DNA from: Octopus sinensis
Lineage: Eukaryota
NCBI RefSeq assembly: GCF_006345805.1
Contig: NW_021832593.1
Span: 45,590-109,589, forward strand
Reading direction: 5' to 3'
DNA length: 64,000 nucleotides
The position numbers and the translations under genes are program-made. Every line of letters starts with the position of its first letter. The first letter of the stretch is position 1. Positions 26,511-37,453 of the stretch are shown in pieces. Under the pieces are notes generated by a model. That model was given only the letters and a program-made list of their open reading frames with translations. It was not told where the DNA came from and did no database searches.

Positions 26511-27670
26511 GTGCATTTGTTATTTGGCTTTTAATTTTTAAACAAAATAACTAATTAATCTGAAAACAGTCTGAAAGACTGTCTGGTCCAGCTCTAACAG
26601 CATTGTAGTTATGAAATTGTCAAGGTTTTAATTTAAATAATAAAAAAAAAATAAACTACAGAGTTCTGTCTTGGCATACATGATAAAAAAAATTGGCATT
26701 AACACTAAAGATCGATTTCTTCTCATTGCAGATTAATATTTTCCTGATTAAAAAAATATTTCCTCTTGATGTGTTAGCCAGCACTTAGCTCAATGCTATT
26801 TATAAAGCAAGTATCCCTGGTGGGTGGGGTATATTCCGTTGGCAGGGTAAACTTAACTTGTATCCTATTTATATCCACAATATTAACTATAATTAGATAT
26901 GAGAGATAATGAATTATTTCAAGTGGTATAACTGGGAACCTAAAACATATTGTACGCTCAACAGGTCAGATATTTTTTTTTATTTCATGATTAGCGGTTC
27001 TCCTCTGACTACCAGTCAGTGATAGGCCCATAAAAATTTTCAGCATCTCAGTGTCTTTTAGAAAGAGATAATATTTACAATGATGTGACCTTATTCCAAT
27101 GTTTATAGCAAAAGCAACTCTGATATAGTCATCCAGATGGCAGTGTAGAACAGCTACTAAACTAATGGGCTTCTACATAACTTCCAGTCGCCAGTTTTTA
27201 ATCAAGACCTTGGAAGAATGGATCTTACCGTGGAAGACATTTCCCGAGAGTATGATGTTGATGGTTCGAACACCAGGATGTTATGAAACAAAGATAAGTG
27301 CAGTTTCAAGCGTGCACCACCATACTATGATAGACATGAGGATTTATGTTTTCCTTGTTAAAACGATTAAAACTGATAAATCCTGTTTTCTAAAGATCTT
27401 CAGAGACGAATATTAAGAAATCTCGTGTAATTTGCTGTTTATGTTAAATTGTAGAGATTTCTTGAGCTTCAACGAGGAAAATGTTGAAGTAGTGAAGCCA
27501 AACCAAGACAGAGTATGAAAACCGAACAGAGTAGTTCTTAGTCTGTGAATGACAGATTTTCCTAAATTAAGATATCACAAAATGAAAATATCCCTTAGGT
27601 TTTGGCAATGATCTCTCAGTTACAGTTTCTAATATATATATATATATATATAGATAGATAGATAGATAGA

Positions 27671-27707
<37 letters not shown>

Positions 27708-27848
27708 GATAGATAGTAGATAGATAGATAGATAAGATAGAATCGTACATACATACATACATACATACATAAATACATAAATACATACGCACATACATAA
27801 ATACATATGTACACACACACACACATACATATATATATGCATGCATGC

Positions 27849-27881
<33 letters not shown>

Positions 27882-27939
27882 TGTATGTATGTATGTATGT
27901 ATGTATGTATGTATGTATGTATGTAGGCATGTATGTATG

Positions 27940-28050
27940 TGTGTGTGTGTGTTTGTGTCTGTGTCTGTGTCTATGTCTGTGGGTATGTATGTATATATAG
28001 ATACATACATACATATGCACACTTTGCTTTTCCTCTCCTGTTGGCGACGG
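27940..28050 (+). repeat. Local duplication, copy 1 (copy 2 at 30195-30359 has an expanded (TACA)n)
   Basis: Shared tctatgtctgtgggtatgtatgtatatatagatacatac and atatgcacactttgcttttcctctcctgttg(g/a)cgacgg. Confidence 0.88.
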
Positions 28051-28204
28051 AAATTGCAATAAATTAAGAATTGACCATTTATTCATATACAGCGTTCATG
28101 AATACACTCAATGGCTATATATATATATATATAAAATGTAGTGTTCCGTGATAGAAAATTCAACAAATTGTACTTCATCTGGTGAGAGAGAGAGAGAGAG
28201 AGAT

Positions 28205-28318
28205 ATTCATTTAGAGGATACCATACATACATTATTTACATTATTTACATTTGACAGATATTTGTCATCTTGTTTGTTGTTACCACAGCGTTTCGGTTGA
28301 TATACCCCCCAGCCTTCG
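28205..28318 (-). mobile_element. Truncated Penelope-type terminal repeat, same family as 45001-45140
   Basis: Minus strand gaaggctgggggtatatcaaccgaaacgctgtggtaacaacaaacaagatgacaaatatc; the CUGANGA core is lost. Confidence 0.65.
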
Positions 28319-28715
28319 AACCTGGATACCCATGTCTTATAGTTCGTTGTGGTATTGTGGTTTGTGGATGATAAAGCATTTCCAAACATATAAAGATATT
28401 GGTAGCATTTAAAGACATGTACTAAGTGCTTTACGTGTATGTATATATACGTATATGTATATGTAAATGTATATGTATATGTATATATAATAGAGCAGTT
28501 TTACATATAATTTAGGCAAAGCATACACTTCATAAACAATAGCATCTGAGATATATCTAAATGCAATAATATTTCTTATAACAAGTTTTTTAGGCCTTAT
28601 CTTTAGGTACACATCATGAAACATTTAGTGCAACGGATGTATTTACCATGGCCACGTCCATTCTTACCGCGTTCGTCCTTTCGTCTTTTGGGCAGTAATC
28701 TTGATATTTCCAAAG

Positions 28716-28719
<4 letters not shown>

Positions 28720-28754
<35 letters not shown>

Positions 28755-28797
28755 ATAATATATATTAGATATATAAACACACATATGTATATATATA

Positions 28798-28828
<31 letters not shown>

Positions 28829-28871
28829 ATTATATATATATATATATAATATATATTTATTATATATATAT

Positions 28872-28935
<64 letters not shown>

Positions 28936-28949
28936 TGTGTGTGTATATG

Positions 28950-28991
<42 letters not shown>

Positions 28992-29700
28992 AGAAAAAGA
29001 ATATAAGAGTACGTTCGCGTCCACTGTGCCCTGTCTTTCCGTACGTCTCTTTGTCGTTCCTCCGTGCCGTATTTTCATCTCATACATACATACATACATA
29101 CATACATACATAATACATACATACATACATACATACATACATAAATACATACACACATACATACACGCACATATATACATATATATATACATATATACAT
29201 GCATACATACATACATATATACATGCATACATACATGCATGCATACATACATGCATACATACATGCATATATACATGCTTACATACATGCATATATACAT
29301 GCATACATACATACATACATGCATACGTACATACATGCATGCATACATACATGCATACATACATGCATATATACATGCATACATACATGCATACATACAT
29401 ATATACATGCATACATACATGCATACATACATACATACATGCATACATACATACATGCATGCATGAATACACGCATACATATATACATGCATACATACAC
29501 ACATACATGCATGCATACATACATATATACATGCATATATACATGCATATATACATACATACATGCCTGCATGCATACATACATACATGCATACAGACAT
29601 ACATACATACATACATACATACATACATACATACATACATACATACATACATACATACTACATATATATATATATGGTGTGTGTGTGTGTGTGTGCGTGT
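28720..29700. repeat. Large (TA)n / (TACA)n-(TGCA) microsatellite block
   Basis: Direct reading; source of the MYVC/HTYI ORFs. Confidence 0.95.
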
Positions 29701-29760
29701 AACCACATGTGAATTATTGGCGATTTTCTTCCTCCATCTTCCTTTCTATTGGACTTTCTT

Positions 29761-29797
29761 CTGTTTCTGAAGAAGAGCGTTGCTCGAAACGTTACCC
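29761..29797 (+). ncRNA. Minimal hammerhead-like motif in a Penelope-type repeat (repeat about 29700-29905)
   Basis: CUGAAGA 29767-73, extra A, stem II GAGC/GCUC, GAAA 29786-89, palindromic ACGU; stem I degenerate. Confidence 0.5.
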
Positions 29798-29920
29798 ATT
29801 TTCTTTCCTTCCTTCAGAGTCTGCTAATACTTTACATATCCACATCCTCACGTTGTTGCTTTTTTGTGTTTGTTCTTCGTCGTTTTTTTTTCGATATACT
29901 ATACATATATATATATATAT

Positions 29921-29952
<32 letters not shown>

Positions 29953-30294
29953 ATATGAATTTAAAAAAGTTTCGTGCAACTGTTTCGCAGCCCCCTACAG
30001 TCGCCGAACTCCTTCCGGCTTTTGGAATGCCGATTGCAGAGGTACACACACGCACGCACACACACACACACACATATTCACACACATACACGTATATATG
30101 CGATGGAAAACAACCCAGGGTTGCGCGATGAAAGGTATAAGTTACAGCAACGTGAGATGGCATCAAAATGGATGTATGTATGTATGTATGTATATGTGTG
30201 TGTGTGTTTGTGTCTATGTCTATGTCTGTGGGTATGTATGTATATATAGATACATACATACGTACATACATACATACATACATACATACATACA

Positions 30295-30325
<31 letters not shown>

Positions 30326-30527
30326 GCACACTTTGCTTTTCCTCTCCTGTTGACGACGGGCTATGTGAAGGTGACTTCAGCACTCACTATGCTAAACACA
30401 TATCTCCCTTCCGACACAGGGACAAAAGTAAAGTCATTTAGTTGGCTAGCCATGTATGGGTTTGGAAGTCAAACGCTACGCCACATAGCAATCAAGTGGA
30501 AAATAGTTGAAAAATTCCACACCATAT

Positions 30528-30930
30528 GGTGCAGGAGTGGCTGTGTGGTAAGTAGCTTGCTAACCAACCACATGGTTTCGGGTTCAGTCCCACTGTGTGG
30601 GACCTTGGGCAAGTGTCTTCTGCTATAGCTCCGGGCCGACCAATTTGGTCGTGAGTGGATTTGCTAGACGGAAACTGAAAGAAGCCTGTCGTATATATAT
30701 ATATATATGATTGTGTTTGTGTGTCTGTGCTTGTCCACCTATCATTGCTTGACAACCGATGCTGGTGCGTTTACGTCCCCGTCACTTAGCGGTTCGGCAA
30801 AAGAGACCGATGAATAAGTACTGGGCTTACAAAGAATAAGTCCCGGGGTCGATTTGTTCGACTAAAGGCGGTGCTCCAGCATGGCCGCAGTCAAATGACT
30901 GAAACAAGTAAAAGAGTAAAAGAGAGAGAG
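30528..30930 (+). mobile_element. SINE family B, full length
   Basis: Colinear with 4551-4930. Confidence 0.92.
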
Positions 30931-31641
30931 TATATGACTACGGATCTAGTAAGTAAGCTATGTGCAGCTGAAAGATCAAACATCCCCTTCAGGTCTAAGA
31001 ACTCCACCGCACTGCTGAATTCCAGATCTGAAATTTTCACCACATATAAACACGTGAATAAGTTTCTTTTGGCGAATTGGAAAATACTACGCTGTCTGGA
31101 TTGAGCAACTGTACCGCAGACGCTAGACCGCTTTATGGTCAAAGGGACATAACTCTATTTTCACCTAATTTTTCAGTTTTCTTTTTCATTTTCCGGTGTT
31201 TTCAATATCTACTTTCTTCTTGCCTTTTCTCGTACTTTATCTCGTCCTATATTCCTGTTGTAGCTTGTTATGCCATGTGGGCAGCCTGGGGATTCCATGA
31301 AGGCAACAGACGTGTTATTAAATACTATGTGAGTTATTTTTTCATCACATGGAAATATAAGTAGCTAAAAATATATATGTACTGTGTTTATTAAATGAAA
31401 TTTCTCTCACCAGATGTTTTGTTCATCTTATAATCAGGGAACAGTGCAATATACATATGTGTGTATACATAGGTATGTATGTATGCGTGTGTGGGTGTAT
31501 GTATGTATGTATGTATGCATGTATGTATGTATGTATGTATGTATGTATGTATGTATATATGTATGTATGTATGCATGCATGTATGTATGTATGTATGTAT
31601 GTATGTATGCATGCATGTATGTATGTATGTATGTATGTATG

Positions 31642-31672
<31 letters not shown>

Positions 31673-31703
31673 GTAAGTATGCATGCATGCATACATGTAT
31701 GTA

Positions 31704-32709
31704 CGAGGGGCGTTCAATAAGTAATGCCTCTGACCCGTTGTTTGATCTAGCTGAAACTTTGCATGTGCAATTACCTATATCTCTATAGATTAAGTGGCAA
31801 ATTACAGCTCTGAACTAATTGTGGTTTCTGATTTACAGGTGTTTGAACTGAGTCAAGTGTGAAACGAAGCCTGTTGAGTGTCAAGCAGTGATGCGGTTTT
31901 TGTATTTGAAAGGACGTACACCACGGGAGACTTTTGATGAAATAAAAGTAACTTATGGTGATGATGCCCCATCATATGACCTTGTAAAACGCTGGCATCG
32001 TGAATTCAAACATGGTCGGAACTTTGTGGAAACAGCTCCCAGATCTGGTCGCCCCGCATCTGCCATTGATGAGGTATCTGTCCGTCAAGTTGAGGCTGCC
32101 ATTTTGGAAGATCGACGCATAACTATTCGCCAAATAGCCCATGAGGTCAAGATTAGTACCGGGTCTGTGGAAACTATCATTCATGACCATTTGGATATGC
32201 AAAAGGTGTCTGCCAGATGGATTCCCAGGCTGCTCACACCTTTCCAGAAGCAAGAACGCGTCGATAGCGCGAGGATGAATTTGAAGATGTGCCAAGAAGA
32301 TGAGTCAAAATTTTTCAAAAGACTGATCACACAGGATGAAACCTGGGTCCATCACTATGATCCAGAACTCGCGTGTCGCCAGACCAGAAGCACAGGCGTA
32401 CGGCTATGAACTCATCCCCCATCTCCTGACCTGTACCCTCTGATTTTCACCTCTTCCCAGCCATGAAGTTGTTTTTGAAAGGAAAGCGTTTCCCAGATGA
32501 TGCAGCCTTGATTTCTGAAGTCACGTCGTGGTTGGAGGACCAAGCTGGGGTCTTCTACAAAAACGGTCTTCAGAGCTGCATCAAACGATGGGAGAAATGC
32601 GTATCTCTGGGTGGTTCCTATGTAGAAAAAGACTAATAACTGTGCCAAGTTTCGTTGCTCTACGGCTATGGGAAGTGGTTCAGGGGCATTACTTATTGAA
32701 CGCCCCTCG
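31704..32709 (+). mobile_element. Irritans-like mariner, internally deleted, with intact TIRs and TA TSD
   Basis: 25-bp perfect TIR cgaggggcgttcaataagtaatgcc; TA at 31702-03 and 32710-11; inserted in (TATG)n. Confidence 0.96.
31864..32638 (+). pseudogene. Mariner transposase pseudogene: HTH region intact, catalytic middle deleted
   Basis: MRFLYLKG...WHREFKHG...RSGRP...SARWIPRLLT...ITQDETWVHHYDP, a deletion, then a degenerate SPDL and KRWEKCVSLGGSYVEKD*. Presumed start is ACG at 31864. Confidence 0.9.
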
Positions 32710-32713
32710 TATG

Positions 32714-32747
<34 letters not shown>

Positions 32748-32844
32748 TGTATGTATGTATGTATGTATGTATGTATGTATGTATGCATGCATGTATGTAT
32801 GTATGTATGTATGTATGTATGTATGTATGAATGTGTGGGTGTGT

Positions 32845-33200
32845 GTTTACCAGTGTATCATTCTATCGATCAGCCTATAAGATGTTGTTATACATCGCTG
32901 GTAAGAAAGCGTTTCCAATTCTTTTACAACCTTCTTTTCCAAATAGTCCCAAATCGCTTAACTAAATCATCTTCCCATCGATGTGGAGGCCTTACAAGTG
33001 GAATTTTCCGATCTCTTGGATAACACTCGACAACTGCATGGATCCACCTGTTGTCTGTGAACTTTGCAACATGTCCGGCAAAGAAGAATGTGTTTTTGGT
33101 ATTCTACAATCAAATCGTTCACTTCGCTCCGTTCCCGAATTATCTCAACTTGGAATATGCTCGTATAATGATATTCCAAGGAATATCATTACTGATTTCA
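32845..33200 (-). mobile_element. RTE-1-like LINE 3' fragment
   Basis: Minus frame FAGHVAKFTDNRWIHAVVECYPRDRKIPLVRPPHRWEDDLVKRFG, typical of the RTE C-terminus. Confidence 0.85.
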
Positions 33201-33224
33201 AGGAATAAGTACATACGTGAGTGT

Positions 33225-33265
<41 letters not shown>

Positions 33266-33370
33266 TGTGTGTGTGTGTGTGTGTTTGTATTTATATAAAT
33301 CCATATATACATGTTTTTTTGTACATGTGTGTATGTGTGTGTATATGTATATACGTTTGTATGTATATAT

Positions 33371-33575
33371 TTCTTTTACTTGTTTCAGTCATTTGACTGC
33401 GGCCATGCTGGGGAACTGCCTTGCTGAAATTTAGTCGAAGAATGAAGCCAAGTGCTTGTTAATTTTGAAACCAATACTGATTTTATGGGTTTCTTTGGCG
33501 AACCGCTAAGTTATAGGAACGTAAACACGCCAAAACCCGTTGTCAAGCAGTAGTAGGGAAACAAACACAGACATA
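33371..33575 (-). mobile_element. SINE family B, 3' half
   Basis: ttttacttgtttcagtcatttgactgcggccatgctg...gaaccgctaagt. Confidence 0.82.
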
Positions 33576-33576
33576 A

Positions 33577-34586
33577 GTTGTAACTAAATTCATTTATTTA
33601 GGAAGTACTGCGAGCACCGCTGGTCTTAATGATGAAATTTCATATAGAACCAGCAAGGCTAGTAATGCCTTTGCTAGGATTGACAAACATCTCTGGTCAC
33701 GCCATTGTATATGTTTCGAAATTAAAGTTAGGGTTATAACACATGCGTCCTGCAATCTTTGCTGTACAGAAGTGGTTCCTGGGTTGTTTATCGTAGGCAT
33801 TTAAGGCATTTGGAACGATACCATCAGTATTGCCTTAGGGAATTTCTTGGGATCAATTGGAAAATGGCCATCAGTGATACGGAGGTACTTGAGAGAAGTG
33901 GTGGTAGAAGTGTAGAACCAATGATACTGCGAAGTCGTTTGAGGTGGGGGTGGACATTTGGTAAGAATGAATGATGAAAGACTTACCCAGCAACGTTTGT
34001 ATGGTGAACTGCAAGTTGGTAGGAGACGAGCACATAAACCCAAAATGAGGTTCAAGGACTGCCTAAGAATTGCTCTGATACAGACAGTCACTTCAGTTAT
34101 TGACCGGGAGATGGAGGCACAAGACTGAGATGGATGGAGTAAGAGAGTGCACAGTGGTTGTTCAAGGTTTGAAAGAGAGATAAGGAAGCACGAGAAAATT
34201 AGGAGAAGGCTTAGAAGGAATGAATGAGGGGGGTTAATTTTTGTGTGTGCGTGTTATGTGGGAAGAGGTGCTTGAGTCATGCGGGCCTGGTCAGTCATCA
34301 GAGAACTCACAGGAATCGATCCATGGTAAATAGTGATATGGTTATTGTTCACAACGTATGGAAAGGTGTGCGTCTCAGTTGGAGTACTGAAGAGCATGTC
34401 AAAGGAGTTCATGCTGTGGCGCCTATGCCTTCTGCCAGCCAGCATAGATGTGCATTATGCAATAGAATGTGCAAAATTTTCGCCGGGCTCAAGAGTCATA
34501 GAAGGACCTCACATTGCATCAACATTGACTCATTTCAGTGAATCTTTCTAGCAATGGCTTTGCTCGAATACGAGAAAGCAGTTAAG
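33577..34586 (+). mobile_element. RTE (BovB-like) LINE, 5'-truncated, with three C-terminal C2H2 fingers and an (ATGT)n tail
   Basis: FIYLGS...SKASNAFARI...RYHQYCLREFLGINW...RLRWGGHLVRMNDERL...LYGEL...KMRFKDCL; then CVLCGKRCLSHAGLVSHQRTH, a frameshifted middle finger, and CALCNRMCKIFAGLKSHRRTSH. Confidence 0.92.
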
Positions 34587-36052
34587 ATGTATGTATGTAT
34601 GTATGTATGTATGTATGTATGTATGTATGTATGTATGTATGTATGTATGTATGTATGTAGGTATGTATGTGCGTATGTATGTATGTATGTGTTTATGTAT
34701 GTATGTATGTATGTACGTATGTATGTAGTATGTATGTAAGTATGTATGTATGTATGATATATGTAAGAAGTATGTATGTATGTACGGTATGTATGTACGT
34801 ATGTATGTATGTAGGTATGTCTGTATGTCCTATGTATGATGTAGTATGTATGTATGTATGTATGTAGTACGTTACGTATGTATGTATGTACGTATGTATG
34901 TATGTATGTACATATGTATGTACGTATGTATGATGTATGTATGTATGTAGGATGTAGATTACGTATGTATGTATGCACGTATGTATGTATGTATGTACGT
35001 ATGTATGTATGTATGTATGTATGTATGTATGTATGTATGTATGTACGTATGTATGTATGTACGTATGTATGTATGTATGTACGTACGTATGTATGTATGT
35101 AGTATGTATGTATGTATGTATGTATGTATGTATGTATGTACGCATGCATGCATGAATGTATGTATGTATGGACAGATGTATAGGACGGCTTTCTTTCAGA
35201 TTCCGTCTACCAAATCCGCTCACAAGGCCTCACTTAGACCTAGGCTATGGAAGGAGATATGTGCTGGCACACGTTGCAGTCAGAAGAATGAATAAATCAG
35301 TGATTTTAGGAGAAAAATAGTTTTTTTTTTCTTTTAAATTCATATAACGTAGAAAAGTAATTGTATTGAAATTGGAACAGAATTGCGACAAATAAGTTTA
35401 GCAGTTTATGAGGAGAAGCTTCGGTGGAGAAAGAATCGAACGTTTAAGAATACAACAGCTTCATAGTCTACGAGAAGTAAAGTGTATACTCGTGTATATA
35501 CATGCACACACACACACACACATATGCGTATATATACGTGAATAACTCTGCATACACCTATTCACACAGAGATACACAGACACACACACACACACACCTA
35601 TACATGCACTCATACATACATACATACATACATGCATGCATACATACATACATGCATACATACATGCATGCATACATACATACATACATACATACATACA
35701 TACAATCATACATGCATACATACATACATACATACATGCATACATAAATGCATACATACATACATACATATATACATACATAATACATACATATATACAT
35801 ACATACATACATGTATACATACATGCATACATACATACATACATACATGCATACATACATACATACATACATACATACATACATACATACATACTACATA
35901 CATACATACATACATACATACATACATACAACATACATTACATACATACATACATACATACTTATGTATGTATACATGTCTGGTTGGTTGGCTGGCTATA
36001 TGTCCGTCTGTCTGTCCCTCTGTAATATGGCCGCCTTTTCATTTTACATACG

Positions 36053-36120
<68 letters not shown>
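34587..36120. repeat. (TATG)n and (TACA)n microsatellite blocks (34587-35170, 35500-36120) with a SINE-B fragment at 35183-35275
   Basis: Direct reading. Confidence 0.92.
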
Positions 36121-36125
<5 letters not shown>

Positions 36126-36504
36126 GTTATGATGATTTAATGCCCGCGTGCAGTAACAGTATTGGCTTCTCTGTCCAATCAAACCACGATCCGCATAAAC
36201 TTTACAGCTTCTATGGATGCATACAAATTGCTAATGATATCACTTATCTCAACTATCTTCGCCAACTTGCTGCCTTAATTTTATTGTTAAGCTCTTAAAG
36301 CAGAGCCCTTTAATACCGAATATTTGCATTTTGAAAGAATCTCATTTGAATTCCTGAAGTTTCCTTTCTTTTCTTTATTTTCTGGTGTTGTCTTTTTTAT
36401 GACGCTGTCTGAGAGAATAAAATCGGTGTCTATCTCTTGTGTCTTTTAGTTGCCCGCTGATGACGGCGACGAAGGAGAACACGATTGTCTTCGAACAAGG
36501 ACAC

Positions 36505-36594
<90 letters not shown>

Positions 36595-37233
36595 ATATGG
36601 ATATAGATATTATACTACGAAAATACAAGTGTATATATATATATAATTGTATTTTCTTAGTATAATATATACTGTAATAATACTTTGTATCTATATTCAA
36701 GTGTATAATCCTGTAGCCACCTTATATTATCTTATATTTTCGGTATAACTTTCAGGTTTATTCTTCTTTGCGCACGTATCAAAAGCTTTGCACTAAGAAA
36801 TATTTTTGCTTTATTGGTGAGCGATCTATTCCTACAAATAATATGATATCTTTTATATATGAATGTCAATCGCCAATATTATTTTTTTGTCAATGTCTTA
36901 GAAGAATGTAAAATATTTACCAAGAGACAGATTTTGTTACCATTCTCGAGATTTCGACCATTTTTCTACTGTTCTGCCTTTTTAGTCTTTTCACGCTTTC
37001 GGTCCCTGACCTGCTGCTATGAGGTGACATTGTACTCGTAGATTATAGTCCAGAATAACGGCTACGAAATTTATTTACTGTGGTATTAATTTTTTTATCG
37101 ATATCTATGTTTAAGCCGCTAGGTTATAGACAGGATACAAATTGCACTGGTTTTTAAGTAAACATAAGTACAATTTGAGACAAACGCACACATACATAGA
37201 TATACAGACGCATACACACACGCTATCTACCTA

Positions 37234-37453
37234 TTTATCAATCTACCTATCTTTCTATCTGTCTATATGTCTCTCTCTCCCGCTCTCTATCTATCTATAT
37301 ATATATCTATCTATATATCTATTTATCTGTCTATCTATCTATCTTTATCAATCTACCTATCTTTCTATCTGTCTATATGTCTCTCTCTCCCGCTCTCTAT
37401 CTATATATCTATCTATCTATATATCTATTTATCTGTCTATCTATCTATCTATC
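37234..37453 (+). repeat. Tandem duplication of a ~110-bp complex (CTAT)-rich unit
   Basis: Units start at 37234 and 37344 with tttatcaatctacctatctttctatctgtctatatgtctctctctcccgctctctat. Confidence 0.85.

Noticed and set aside
27120-27420. Possible Gypsy integrase or transposase remnant (YSHPDGSVE...LPWKTF)
   Set aside because: Too degenerate to support.
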